A DNA stretch of 64,000 nucleotides from contig NC_043004.1 in assembly GCF_006345805.1 (NCBI RefSeq), positions 41,912,001 through 41,976,000 of the forward strand. Direction: 5' to 3'. The notes under the pieces are model-generated. The model had not been told where the DNA came from. It searched no databases and worked only from the letters and a program-made list of their open reading frames with translations. This document shows, piece by piece, positions 14,613 through 27,964 of the stretch (position 1 is the first letter of the stretch; every line of letters begins with the position of its first letter). Position numbers and translations under genes: made by a program. This DNA is from Octopus sinensis (lineage: Eukaryota).

Positions 14613-14617
<5 letters not shown>
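14036..14617. mobile_element. Element bounded by ~90-bp direct repeats (14036-14125, 14528-14617), PLE pLTR-like
   Basis: Identical block ttatattatattgagggtactactattcgtagatacc...aaacaaaatt at both ends; TA runs flank it. Confidence 0.55.
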
Positions 14618-14643
<26 letters not shown>

Positions 14644-14689
14644 CTATGCACATGTGTATATGCATATATACATATACATACATATAAAT

Positions 14690-14973
14690 ATCACGTGATC
14701 ACGTGACCGACCAGACCATCAGATGTTGTTACACATCGCTGGTCACAATGCATTCGCATTGTTTTCGCCTTCAAATGACACTACCCCGCTGGCTAAGCGA
14801 GCAGGCCAACAGAAGAAAGAGTAAGAGAAAGTTGTGGCGAAAGAGTACCACCCCCTGCCAGATCCTCGTGGAGCTTTAGGTGTTTTCGCTCAATAAACAC
14901 TCACAACGCCCGGTCTGGGAATTGAAACCGCGATCCTACGACCGCGAGTCCGCTGCCCTAACCACTGGGCCAT
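14690..14973 (-). mobile_element. SINE family D, tail type 1 (...ggtcggtcacgtgatcacgtgat)
   Basis: tRNA head tggcccagtggttagggcagcggactcgcgg...gtttcaattcccagaccggg. Confidence 0.9.
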
Positions 14974-15217
14974 AGTTAATTTGATATGTATCTCAGATAT
15001 ATTTATATAAAAAAACTATAACCATATCCGTAAGTGCTTTTCATCGCCCATTCATTAATAAGACACCTTAGACTATTCATTCCTTAGATATTTTTATAAA
15101 TATAGGGATGGTATTATTAAAATACCATCACAAGTGGTAAGCGAATTATCAGCCGTATAGGCAAATTAATAAAATATATACATACAATATTAGATATCTA
15201 CATATATATATATATAT

Positions 15218-15346
15218 ATATTGTTATATTTCGGAATGGTCATTTTGCCAGTTTAGCCAATAAAAACACACGCAAATAACACCAAATATATAATGTATTT
15301 TTATTGGCTGAACTGGCAAAATGACCATTCCGAAATATAACAATAT
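15218..15346. repeat. Foldback inverted repeat, 49-bp arms
   Basis: atattgttatatttcggaatggtcattttgccagtttagccaataaaaa and its reverse complement, 1 mismatch. Confidence 0.9.
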
Positions 15347-15843
15347 CTGTTTCAACAACACGACTTCACGTAAAAAATCTTGCACAACAAATATTTAAAC
15401 GTATATATATATATATATAATATATATATCTATATATATATATATATATATAATGCAAGAAAGGTGACATAACATATATTAGGGCCGTTGCTGATCGGAT
15501 TGCCAAAATGCAGTCTATACATAAATGCGAGAATAAAATTCTTCAATTAAGGCAACGGATCTTCATCAGAGTGAAAAACAAGAGCATACAATATAAACAA
15601 AAGGAAGAAGGAAAAGAAAAGAAAACATGGCCTAGACAAATAGTGAAAAAGCCCAATATGTTAAGAGTAAATAAATATTTACCATCAGGGCTACAGGGTC
15701 GGTAGGTAAAAGAGTGAGCTAGCTATTTGTTTCAATCATTTGACTTTCAATCATTTCAATCAGAAAATGGAGAGGATAAAAAATCGACAAACATCAGCTT
15801 GTAAACATTCATTTATATCTATTTATTAATTGATTACAATCAT

Positions 15844-16243
15844 AGTGGCTGTGTGGTAAGTAGCTTGCTAACCAACCACATGGTTCCGTGTTCAGTCCCA
15901 CTTGGGCAAGTGTCTTCTACTATAGCCTCGGGCCGACCAATGCCTTGTGAGTGGATTTGGTAGACGGAAACTGAAAGAAGCCCGTCGTATATATGTATAT
16001 ATATATATATGTATTTGTGTGTATGTTTGTGTGTCTGTGTTTGGACCCCGAACATTGCTTGACAACCGATGCTGGTGTGTTTATGTCCCCGTAACTTAGC
16101 GGTTCGCCAAAAGAGACCGATAGAATAAGTACTGGGCTTACAAAGAATAAGTTCCGGGGTCGATTTGCTCGACTAAAGGCGGTGCTCCAGCATGGCCGCA
16201 GTCAAATTACTGAAACAAGTAAAAGAGTAAAAGAGTAAAGAGT
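15844..16243 (+). mobile_element. SINE family C, near full length
   Basis: agtggctgtgtggtaagtagcttgc head, internal TA/TG linker, (aaaagagt)n tail. Confidence 0.92.
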
Positions 16244-17380
16244 ATATGTGTAAGTGATCCAAATAAATAAATGAAACAAGCAAATAAATACGTAAATACA
16301 TATATAAATAAACGAGTAAGAATAGATGAGTGTACAAATATTAAACTCTTACGGCTGTTTCTACCATGGGATTGCTAAATCTTTCAAGTTGGTGGATGAT
16401 TAAAATACATCTTATGACATCAAACCCTATATGTCTAACCCATCATCTCCACCTTAGCCAGAATAACTCCCATTGTAACTGTAATTAATTATATAAGTTT
16501 ATAATTTTATAACTTCACAACCTGATACAATTATAATACCACATATGGTTGATTATGTTCCTTAAGCTCTACCTTTATTATATCTGAATACTTTCTGTTT
16601 CTATCTATAATTGATAATAACCCCAACCTTATTTTAAGTGTCTAAATGTATCTTTACACCCCAACATTGAAATGTAATGCTCAGTTACCCCACTTCAGTA
16701 GTAGTCAATAAATCTGGAAATATTTTAACTCAGGCATTTTCACCTTTGCTCTTCTAATTGGGATATTTACTCGTTAGCTTAAAATTATAACTCAGATCTA
16801 CCCATAACGAAATAACACTTCCTAAATCCTATTTTAACGCATAATTTATCTTTGTATTTTAATATCATAATATACAATCCGGCTACCTAACTCCGTTAGA
16901 GTCTAGGAACGTTTGTTTATCGTTCTTTACTTTTCCACTAATTGCTTCGTCCATTACTTTTCTCATTTAGACAATTAATAGTTAATTTGATATATATCTC
17001 AGATATATTTATATAAAAAAAACTATAACCGTATCCGTAAGTGCTTTTCATAGCCCATTCATTAATAAGACACCTTAGACTATTCATTCCTTAAATATTT
17101 TTATAAATATAGGGATGGTATTATTAAAATACCACCACAAGTGGTAAGCGAATTATCAGCCGTATAGGCAAATTAATAAAATATATACATACAATATTAG
17201 ATATCTACATATATACACAAGGGTACTATATGAGTACCTATATCGCTAATGATAGAAGTCAAAAAATACTTCTGTACCACTGAATAGTCACAAATCTATT
17301 ACAGACAAGATAGGAAAAAATATCAGTGAACAATAATAATGTCTTACCTCAAATGGGTCAGAACAAGTAAATGCTGGTCA

Positions 17381-17441
17381 ACTTGGTACCGGTTTCGAAA
17401 TTTAGTGCCACCTAGGCGCGTGATTTCTCATCAGCCAAAGT
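17381..17441 (-). ncRNA. Minimal type-I hammerhead ribozyme, canonical core
   Basis: ACTTTGG-CTGATGA-GAAAT(21 nt)ATTTC-GAA-ACCGGT-A-CCAAGT: full core, palindromic stem III, predicted cleavage after GUA between 17387 and 17386. Confidence 0.8.
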
Positions 17442-17716
17442 CCGCCAGCTAAATAACTACTAACATTCTCCCCCATCATGCCTGCGAAAGTTCGTGTGAA
17501 GTGACCAAGCACCGTACGAACAAACGAAATGTCTAAAATTATTTATAAATAAATATAGTGATGGTATTATTAAAATACCATCACAAGTGGTAAGCGAATT
17601 ATCAGCCGTACAGGCAAATTAATAAAATATATACATACAATATTAGATATGTTCATATATACACAAGGGTACTACATGAGTACCTATATCGCTAATGATA
17701 GAAGTCAATATATATG

Positions 17717-17777
<61 letters not shown>

Positions 17778-18639
17778 ATATATGTGTGTGTGTGATATAT
17801 ATGTTGTTTGTGTATGTATCCGTGTATATATGTATACATATGTATGAATATATGTGTACATATACGCACATGTGCACACGCGTTCTCATACAGTTATACA
17901 CCTGCACCTATCAGATCGGTTTATTTGAAAAAAAAAATGATAATAATAAAAGTAACTGAATGAATAAAATAACCAAGTCCAAGATTCAAATTAATTACCT
18001 CAAGACTTCATAAAATGAAATTAAGTTAATTAAGTATATACAATCACAACATTAATTACAAACACTAAAGTGGACAATAGAATAAAATCGACACTTTTGT
18101 GGTTTCTTACAATGTCGACTGTTTGGAAGCTGACCAAAAATCTGTTGCAGTCACGGAAAAACCTATTTTCAAGACGAAGTTCGGCTAATACCGTAGGCAA
18201 CAAGTAATATAAAGACGCAGCCCCATGTCTGTCTCTTCACTCTATGTCTGCCGCTGTCTTCTAACTAAATATAAATAGTATTTGAGTTGGTTTTCTATAT
18301 GATGGGAAATAATAAAAGATAGAATGAGGTGGGGTGTTATTTGAAAGAAATATTGAAGAATTTTTAATAAGATGGAATGGAGAGGGATTTAGATAAGAAT
18401 GAAAGTGAGAGAGAGAGAGAGGAGGGGGAGAGGAAAGAGAAAGCATGAATTGGTTTCATGTAAATGGGGTTGGATGAGATGAAAGAAAAGTCAGAAATAG
18501 TAGAATAATGAAGAGGAAAAGGGTATGAAGAAAAATAGGGGGAAGTGAAGCATAAGGAGAATGGGAGGGCGAGGAGAAGAGAAGAAGGGAAGGAGAAGGT
18601 ACTGCAAAACAAGGAAAAGAAGAAGACGATAAAGATGTT

Positions 18640-18715
18640 GAAGAAGGCAAGAAGAAGAAGAAGAAGAAGAAGAAGAAGAAGAAAAGAGAAGAAGAAGAAG
18701 AAGAAGAAGAAGAAG

Positions 18716-18747
<32 letters not shown>

Positions 18748-18750
18748 GAA
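18640..18750. repeat. (GAA)n array within a purine-rich low-complexity tract (18380-18900)
   Basis: Direct reading. Confidence 0.95.
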
Positions 18751-18922
18751 GAAGGGGAGTGAACAAAGACGAGAATGAAAACGACGGAAGAAATAAAGAA
18801 AACGAAGAAAAAGACATGATAAAGTAGAAGCAAGAAGCAGATAAGGAAGAAGCTTGAAGAGATGCAGAAGAGGACGGTGAGTGCAGTGATGATGAAAAAC
18901 ATGACCAGAAACATTAAGGTCA

Positions 18923-19528
18923 ATTTTGGTTTTAAATTTTGGCATAAGGCCAGCAGTCTTAAAACAGGGGTTAGTCGATTACATTGACCCCTGTGTTCAA
19001 CTGATACTTATATTATCGACCTTGACCGAATTGAACGGCAACTCTACCTTGGCGGAATTTGAACCTAAAGAAGGACGAAATGCCGCTGAGCATTTTGCTG
19101 AAAGTGATAACGATTCTTCCAGTTCGCAGTCATTACAGCAATAACAATATTCCTTTCTTCTATATGCACGAGGCCTGCGATTTTGAAGGAGGGACTGGTC
19201 GGTTACATCGACACCTGTGCTCAACTGATACTTATTTTATCGACATCGAAGGTGAAAGGCAAAGTTGATTCCTGCAACATATATCGGAAGAAATGCAGCG
19301 AAGCCTTTATCTGACGCGTTCACAATTCTGCCAGTTCTCTGTTTTAACAATAAGAACAACATTAATTTCAAATTCTGGTAAAAGGTCAGCAAGTTCGGAT
19401 GAGGGGTTAGTCGATTACATCTACTCCAGTATTCAACTGGTGCTTATTTTATTGACTCCGAACAGATGTAAGTCAAAGTCGATCGCGGTGGAATTTGAAC
19501 TCGTAAAGTAAAAACGGAAGAAATGCCG
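18923..19528 (-). mobile_element. Three adjacent old family-B SINEs (18923-19128, 19146-19340, 19362-19528)
   Basis: Each has gtcgattacat...actgata/gtacttattttatcgac...ggaatttgaac. Confidence 0.75.
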
Positions 19529-19667
19529 AACAATAAGAACGATATTAAAACCAGAAATGCAATAGCTGCTACAACTATAACAACTTCAGTAGGCTCAGAT
19601 AGGTATATATGTATGTAAATATATATTGTACACACACAGACACGCTTGTGTGCGTGTAAGTGTGTGA

Positions 19668-19709
<42 letters not shown>

Positions 19710-19715
19710 ATATAT

Positions 19716-19785
<70 letters not shown>

Positions 19786-19804
19786 CATACATACAATACT
19801 AAAC

Positions 19805-19836
<32 letters not shown>

Positions 19837-20396
19837 ATGTATATTTACATACGTGTATATACTTATATACATGTGTGTGTGCTTTAGATCTCAACTTTAG
19901 AACATTAAAACAGAAGCCATTTAGTTTATTTTAGTGGAAACCAAACTTAACTCTTAATAGATTTAGTTTCCTTATTTTATTCGTCTTGCAGTATTTATAA
20001 AAAAATAAAACAAAACCAACAGAATTTCAAGCAAGAGACATTTCGCATTTTTTGTTTGCTTATCTCTTGCCACCATATGGAATCAATGAGACACTGGGGA
20101 AGATAGAAAGGTGGGCTCTCGCAGCAAGAGCTAGAAAGGTATATGCTCTTCAGTTTCTCGTGTATTTTATATAACCCGCGGTCCATTCGTTCATCCAGCA
20201 TATTTATCTTTGTTTGTTTCTCTCTTTCTCTCCTGCGCTCTCTCTCTCTCTCTCTTTACGTACATAGATTTTATACGCGCACAGAAACACTCACACACAT
20301 GCACACACATACACACTCACATACATATTTATATGTAGGAGGACTACATACACATACACACACACACACACACGTATATATATATATATTATATAT

Positions 20397-20636
20397 GTGC
20401 CATGATAGATCGTTAGATGCCAGTCGCCATGATAGATCGTTAGCCATTACACACATTTTTCTTTCTCCTTTTTTCTCTCCTTTTTTCCCTCCTTGTTTTT
20501 TCTGTGTCCCTTTCTGTTGAAGAGCGTAGGCTCGAAACGTAAAATACTTTTCTATTCCTGAGCATTATACTAATACATCTGTTTGTTTTGTACACCACCT
20601 GTCTTCGTCTTTTGTTATTTTTTTTTCGTAAACGCG

Positions 20637-20640
<4 letters not shown>
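20397..20640 (+). mobile_element. 'gccatgatagatcg' element copy with a duplicated 5' end; HHR-like motif at 20511-20545
   Basis: gccatgatagatcgttag occurs twice; CTGTTGA-A-GAGC-gtag-GCTC-GAAACGTA. Confidence 0.8.
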
Positions 20641-20687
<47 letters not shown>

Positions 20688-21049
20688 AGAGGAGTGCATA
20701 GAATTCGAAAACGCTTCAGTTCAGTAACAAACTATGACCTTGACATATCAAGCGATTTAACCTATATTTTAGCCAGTCATTGTCCTGGCGCATTTGTGGT
20801 ACGGTTAATGGAAAATTCCATACATTTCCATCTTAAATGATGGTTATAATTTGATATGCGTAGGAAATGTGAACAGGACACAGGGGATCTGTTACTGGCA
20901 GAGGACGACAGAGGTTCTTTTTGGTCAAGATTTTAGTTAATACTATTTTGATCTCGTGTTAAAAGGCCAAGTACAAAGTCTGACGTTTCTTTTTTACGCC
21001 AAACATATTTTCTCACTCACTGGCTACTGACATTCAGAATAACAATCTT

Positions 21050-21540
21050 GAGCATGTAACCTTTGTAACGTTAATATGGTTACAAATCCAGATGAGGTGC
21101 CTTCTGGATAAGTTAGGGCAAACCGAGAATCCCTTCATGCTCAGGTCCTTCAAAGTTTGATAAATCAGATTTGGACGAGAGTGTGAACGGGATGAGTGAC
21201 AAATAATTTCTTGTGACCCCACGAAGGGATTTTTTGTGATTTATGCCAGGGATTCTCCGTCGTTCATGTTACTGGGGACCATAAATCTCAAGAGCCATGT
21301 CATCGGAATTGTTTTCTTACGACATATTCTCATATGTCCATACAATGCCCTACATCGGTGCTGGAGCACTTGATAGTGCGGATAACCCAAGAAAAACCTT
21401 ACATACTCCAGTAAGAGATTGCTCTCTCTTATATGGCTGTCGCGATACAGGAATTGCTATCGGGGAATTTTTACGAGCATAAGACCCACAACGAAAATGT
21501 GGATACCTAGCTCTCTTGATCTGGACCCTTAGTTCGGATA
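21050..21540 (-). pseudogene. Possible degenerate RTE-clade LINE C-terminal fragment
   Basis: Minus frame YQVLQHRCRALYGHMRICRK and SHIRE loosely resemble the RTE post-RT motifs; multiple lesions. Confidence 0.3.
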
Positions 21541-21632
21541 CGCCTAAGGATGTTGTCGAGAGGCAGGATGAAAGTGAGGGAGGGAAGGAGAGAGAGAGAG
21601 AAAGCAAGCAAGATAGAGATCAATCGACTCCT

Positions 21633-21863
21633 ACCTATTTCTTTACTACCCACAAGTGGCAAAACACAGAGAAGACAAACAAGGACAGACAAACGGATTA
21701 AGTCGATCTTATCGACCCCAGCGCGTAACTGGTACTTATTTAATCGACCCCGAAAGGATGAAAGGCAAAGTCGACCTCGGCGGAATTTGAACTCAGAACG
21801 TAACGGCAAACGAAATACTGCTAAGCATTTCGCCCGGCGTGCTAACGTTTCTGCCAGCTCGCC
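21633..21863 (-). mobile_element. SINE family A, full length
   Basis: ggcgagctggcagaaacgttagc...ctgagttcaaattccgccgagg...gtagtaaagaaatagg. Confidence 0.92.
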
Positions 21864-21911
21864 TCCTACCGCCCCAACCTCTACATTATCAAGGACTAGT
21901 TAGTTACTGTC

Positions 21912-22135
21912 GGCGAGCTGGCAGAATCGTTAGCACGTATTTCGTCTGCCGTATTTCGTCTGCCGTTACGTTCTGAGTTCAAATTCCGCCTAGGTCAACT
22001 TTGCCTTTCATCCTTTCGGGGTCGATAAATTAAGTACCAGTTACGCACTGGGGTCGATGTAATCGACTTAATCCGTTTGTCTGTCCTTGTTTGTCTCCTC
22101 TGTGTTTAGCCCTTTGTGGGCAATAAAGAAATAAG
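21912..22135 (+). mobile_element. SINE family A
   Basis: Same consensus; small internal duplication gtatttcgtctgcc x2. Confidence 0.92.
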
Positions 22136-22779
22136 TATACAAGGATTGTGTAAAATATAACTGATGAGTCGTAATTCTGTTAAAATGAATATCGTTGTTA
22201 CTTATATAGTTACTAGAGTTAGCAATGATAATGTTTCGTATTCATTTGGAAGCAGGTTCTTACGTTTTCAGTCGCTCTTTTATTTATCTAATTATCTCAG
22301 TGTGCTTCATCAGTTTTCATTTTTTTTTATTTACTTCGCTTCATTTAATAGATTGTTTTCATATTTTTGGGGGCTTCTTTGCATTCTATGGCAATTTGTA
22401 ATGGCGTTCTTTTAATATAGTTTTGATACAGCTGAATATATATACATACATATGTGTGTGTGTGTGTGAGTGTGTGTTTATGTTTGTATGTACATACAAA
22501 CATGCAAACATGTACACCTACGAATATATTATATAAATATTTATATGTCAGTGTGCATGTGTGTGGGTGTATGTCTGTCTGTGTACGTTTCAGAAAAATA
22601 GTTTAGAAGAAAAACGGTTATTTTCAGATAAACCATACAAATGCTCAACAGAAAATAGTGATGAACGTTAATTCCCTGAAACCGATATCGTCCTTAACGA
22701 CCGTCTCAAATTATACAAAAACATGCTAATTATAGTTTTAAGTGGTTCTTGCTAATTATGCTCCACATCTACGACAGTA

Positions 22780-22988
22780 ACCTATTTCTTTACTACCCAC
22801 AAGGGGCTAAACACAGAAGAGACAAACAAGGACAGACAAACGGATTAAGTCGATCATATCGACCCAGTGTGTAACTGGTACTTATTTAATCGACCCCGAA
22901 AGGATGAAAGGCAAAGTCGACCTCGGCGGACTCTGAACTCAGAACGTAGCGACAGACGAAATACTGCTGAGCATTCTGCCAGCTCGCC
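22780..22988 (-). mobile_element. SINE family A with a small internal deletion
   Basis: Same consensus. Confidence 0.9.
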
Positions 22989-25019
22989 GACTATCAGTGA
23001 TTATATATCTATAAATACGAGCCAATGCAGATAGACGTACTTCGGCCATCGACCATCTAGATGTAGCAACTATATCTCCGTTACAGAGTACAGAGTACAC
23101 AAAAAATAGGACGGAACTATCAAGGCTGCAACGTTGTTTAGACATAATTCCGCCCGATCAGGACTGATGGAGTGGACACCAATTTAAATGAAAACAGCCT
23201 TAACAAGACGGATTCTGAAAAGTTACGTCATATGAAATCGAATGTTCTATTCTTGTACTCTTCCAGTGCGAACCAACGATCGGCCCTTAGCGTTGTCTTT
23301 CCAACTGCATGACGTAACAACCAAATTCCCTTAGATTACAATCTAACATCTTGAAAAGAGGACTATGCCTAGGGTAATATAGTCTTAGGTATACTATGCT
23401 AAAGTATTGACGTGGTGGTGATGGCTTCATTACCTTTGATCGTGGCTTTGCTTCATCGAAGACGGTCTGGGGTTTAAATAATCTCAACAACTAACAACAG
23501 CAATTACGGTGACCACCAAGAGGGATAAGGAACAATAAAACTAGATTGGAACCGATATGTCCCAATGACGTTCAACTCATCAAAATTGGATACAATGACA
23601 GAAACAAAAGCAAGAAAGATATTTTCATGCTATTTTATAGCTTACGCTGGGGATGATTTTATACTGTGTCAAGTCAGGAAACCACATATGATTGTTTACC
23701 ATGGTTGCAATCAATTCATTAAAATATCCAGCCATTTTCACATTGGACATCGGGTCGGAATGTTTACAATATGATGGACTCCAAGACTAGATGATGTTGT
23801 TGAAGAGGGAAACACATAAAGCCTGCCTTTTAAAGCCATAAGTTAACTGAGGGTGATAGAAATACATCGATGATTGGTAGTATTTTCGTATATCCCTGCT
23901 ATGTTTTAGCTTGAAATCCTGGCAAAAACAACAGTACTTTGCATCATTGCTGTCTTACAAACTTTTTAAATAATTTTACTGGTTTAACCGTATATGCTTA
24001 ATGTACTAAAACTTCCGCTGGCCTGCCTATGATAAAAAAACAACATTTATTAGTTTCAGGAGGCCATGTAGGAGCAGAATCAAAAGACCACCAAGCATTA
24101 TCATTTGAAGCATTTCAGTACGTCCCTTTTATGTTTTAATTTCAGTCCCCACCGAAGTCGACTAAGTCCTTTGTCCTTGCATATTTATGGAATAAGTACT
24201 ATTTATGTATTCAGCCGATTTATTCGACGGTCCGTTGACTTTCCGATATTGTAATTATCTTCGAAATCAGTAGCTATTGGAAGAGAATGACTAAAAAATG
24301 AAGCGCCTATAAATTTTGAAGCATCTCTCAGATCAAGGCGGTTAATTTTCCCAGTTAACTTAATTATTTGATGCACTGAATGAAATAAAGTCCGAGTGAA
24401 TTCTGGGACGTTGCAACTATGAAGAGGAAATTATAAAGACAGTATATTTAGTATGAGGTAGATGTGCGAGACAAGAGTGATGAGGAAAGTATGAAATGTA
24501 ACGTCATCAAATTGGCCAGAGTGAACTTGCTCAACCTTTGAAAATCAAGAAAACTAAATCATTTGAATCAGCGAAAGAAAATATAGTGGGAAGGCTATAA
24601 TAATCAGAACTGCTTAATAACGAAAGTATATATGGAAGAGTACAGAACAAAATATCTGACCGCAATACATGAGGGCATGAATAAAAAGCACGTTACAGAG
24701 CTCCAAATACTGCAAAGACCGTCATTCATTCCAAACCGTGATGTGATCTGTTATTTGCTATCCTTGGTGACTATGACACCGTTCATAACTTTGAAAACTC
24801 GGACGGTGGGTCCAAACGGGACATACAAAACGAAACGTTCTCGTGCGAATTGGACATACTTAGACTGAAGTTACAATAACCCACCGATGCAGCATAAATT
24901 TCATAAATTTATGTTCTGCTTGGCCTGTTCGATTATAGTTTATTCATATTCTATGGCGCCTATGCCGGAGAAGCTCTTCCAGGTAAATATCGCAGATGTC
25001 TTTGGGTTGATGTTCAAGG

Positions 25020-25079
<60 letters not shown>

Positions 25080-25084
25080 TAATA

Positions 25085-25359
25085 ATTACTTGAGGGAATA
25101 TTATTCCTAACTTACAGGGAAAAATTCAATTTAGAAATACTAATCAAATTTCACAAAATATAATATATATAGTTAAAATATTAGAAAAAACACCTTTTAT
25201 CAATTCAAAATGAACAATTAATTATACCATCTAGAAAATTACATAATAGAAATATTAAAATCAAAATTAATTTTAATTTTAATATTTCTATTATATGTAA
25301 TTTTCTAGATGGTGTAATTTAATTGTTCATTTTGAATTGATAAAAGGTGTTTTTTCTAA
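25085..25359 (-). mobile_element. PLE-like terminal fragment with ~82-bp foldback (25181-25359), between TA arrays
   Basis: gagggaatattattcctaacttacagggaaaaatt resembles 63798 and 9782(-); long inverted arms. Confidence 0.65.
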
Positions 25360-25495
<136 letters not shown>

Positions 25496-26934
25496 TATAT
25501 ATGTATATATATACGTCGTTCCCATATGCATACATCTCTGAGGGGATTTATGCAAACCACCCACTGAAAGTTTCTTTTCGATACGCGCGTTGTAGGGAAA
25601 AAATTTTAAATGCGGTCGTCAACCATTCAGGCAATATGATGAGACGTCCAGCACATCGTATTGCGTTGGTAAGTGTAGATGGGAGAAATAGGGTGCAGTT
25701 GATACGTAGTGTTTGAGCGGAACAGAAAATACATAAATATAGTGCTGCAGGGGAAGTTGCAGAGAGAAGAGACAACACAACGACGATCAAACGTTTCCCG
25801 TGTAACGTTTGTTATTCAGTTAAACGCTTTCTCTTCGATGTCGTCCGTAGTGTTTGTGTGTGCAATATTGAACTAGGGTACAACGTTTCGGTATAGCAGA
25901 ATAACAAATATACTCAAAAACCAAACCTACAAAAGTGTAGTAATGGCAATCGATAAGGAATAAACAAATTAACATTCCTCTTAATCATCGTAATGTTATG
26001 CGAGAGCTACAAGGCTAGTTCGCAGTTTGAGAAGCCACACTTCTTAGAGATATAATAGTGTAGCGTATTTATATAGTAATCTACATTTTTATAGACAGGA
26101 AAATATTGGAAAACTAGGTTAGTATAACAGCTAAATATGAAAGGCGTTAAATCAGTATAATAGAATGAACACGTCTGCATGAAACAGGTGGAGAGGAGAC
26201 AAGAGTTAAGGATGAATTTCGTTACATGTGAGCGAGTAGTTGTGACTTGGAAGCAAACGGCAATAAACGCTTTGGTTTTAGTGGCTAGATCACTACAATC
26301 GGAGCCAACATGTTTAACTAATGGCGAGGAAGAGTGTTTTATTAAAACGTGGAGGTATCATTTTGGCAAGGAACTGGCAGGCGTGTTCTGGTGGACTATG
26401 AGATGCAGAAAGGCAGACTTCGATTCTTTGCTGATATTTTGAATGTTAATTACTTTTTAACTGTCGTTTCGCGATTGCTGGCCATCTTCTATTGCTAAGA
26501 TCGCTGCTGGTGCTGTTTAATTTTTATTGATGCTATTGTCATTATTCTACTTATTATTGCAATTGCCGTTGCTGCTGCTGCTGCTGCTGCTGCTGTTGTT
26601 GCTGTTTCTTCTATTGCACTGATGCTTCTATTAATGTTCTTATTGTTGTTATTAATACGGTTGTTGTTGTTGTTGTTCTTGCTGTTGCGTTAGTGTTATT
26701 CTACTCATTCACAGAAGTAATGATCATCAGATCATTTTAAGACCGTCTTCTACGTGTAATCAATTTTACTGTACTTTATCGATTGCTTGTCTTCTTATTG
26801 AAATGAAATAAGTAGAAAGAAGGGAAAAAAAAATAAAAGAATAAACATGTTTTCATGTCAGGGAGACATTTATTTAAAGAGATTGCCAAAATTAAAAAGT
26901 TTAAGTTTCTGTAGAGATGTATGTATATGTGAAT

Positions 26935-26944
26935 GACATATATA

Positions 26945-26980
<36 letters not shown>

Positions 26981-27252
26981 TGTATGTATGTATGTATGTA
27001 TGTATGTATGTATGTATGTATGTATGTATGTATGCATGTATGTATGTATGTATGTATGTATGTATGAGTATGTATGGATGCATATATGCATATATATATG
27101 TATATATATACATATAAGCACAACACACACACACAATATATATATATATATATATACAGATATGTGTCAATGGACAGTCGAATACGCGTCTATATATGTA
27201 TATATATGTGTGTTGTATATATGTATATATATGTGTGTTTATGTATTTATAT

Positions 27253-27336
<84 letters not shown>

Positions 27337-27345
27337 TATATGCTG
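26935..27345. repeat. (TATG)n and (TA)n arrays
   Basis: Direct reading. Confidence 0.95.
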
Positions 27346-27743
27346 CACATATAAGGAGATATAACATATGACTAAATTCCTCAGAGTATTAAGTTTTTAA
27401 TTCAGTTGTTCTTTTTTGTTTTATATAAAACAAACTCATTTCTCCCTCCTCTGCCAGTCTGTCCCTCTGTCTTTCTGTCTCTCTCTCTGTTTCTCTCGCT
27501 GTCTCAGTTTATGTGTTTCTGTACATACATATATAAGGCACAAATGTATGCACACATACACACACGCACACACACACACACACACACATATATGTATATA
27601 AACACCTTCATTTTGTTCATATACATATACGCAAACGCACACACACACACAAATATATATATATATTCGTACATACATATATAGATATACATGTATCTAT
27701 ATCAATACATACATACATATATATAATATATAATATATATATA

Positions 27744-27774
<31 letters not shown>

Positions 27775-27880
27775 AGTGTATGAATACTTGTACGTTTATA
27801 ATTATATTCACACAGTTAAACACTCACACTAACACACATATGCATTTAGATGAGCACACACACAGAAGCACACACAAAAC

Positions 27881-27964
<84 letters not shown>

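Larger units (their letters stand above)
14973..17708 (-). mobile_element. Composite PLE-derived structure with repeated pLTR segments and a hammerhead
   Basis: 14973-15207 matches 16979-17213; 17100-17258 matches 17548-17708; canonical HHR at 17381-17441; SINE C inserted at 15844. Confidence 0.65.

Noticed and set aside
15301-15346. CTGAACT-GG...CC-GAAATATA motif in the hairpin arm
   Set aside because: Core does not fit CUGANGA or a paired 3:8 variant, and stem I register is off
16300-16978. Strand-skewed AT-rich stretch resembling mitochondrial DNA (NUMT) or a CR1 fragment
   Set aside because: TAA/TAG stops in the frames tested under the invertebrate mitochondrial code and no mitochondrial motif recognised; LINE resemblance too weak
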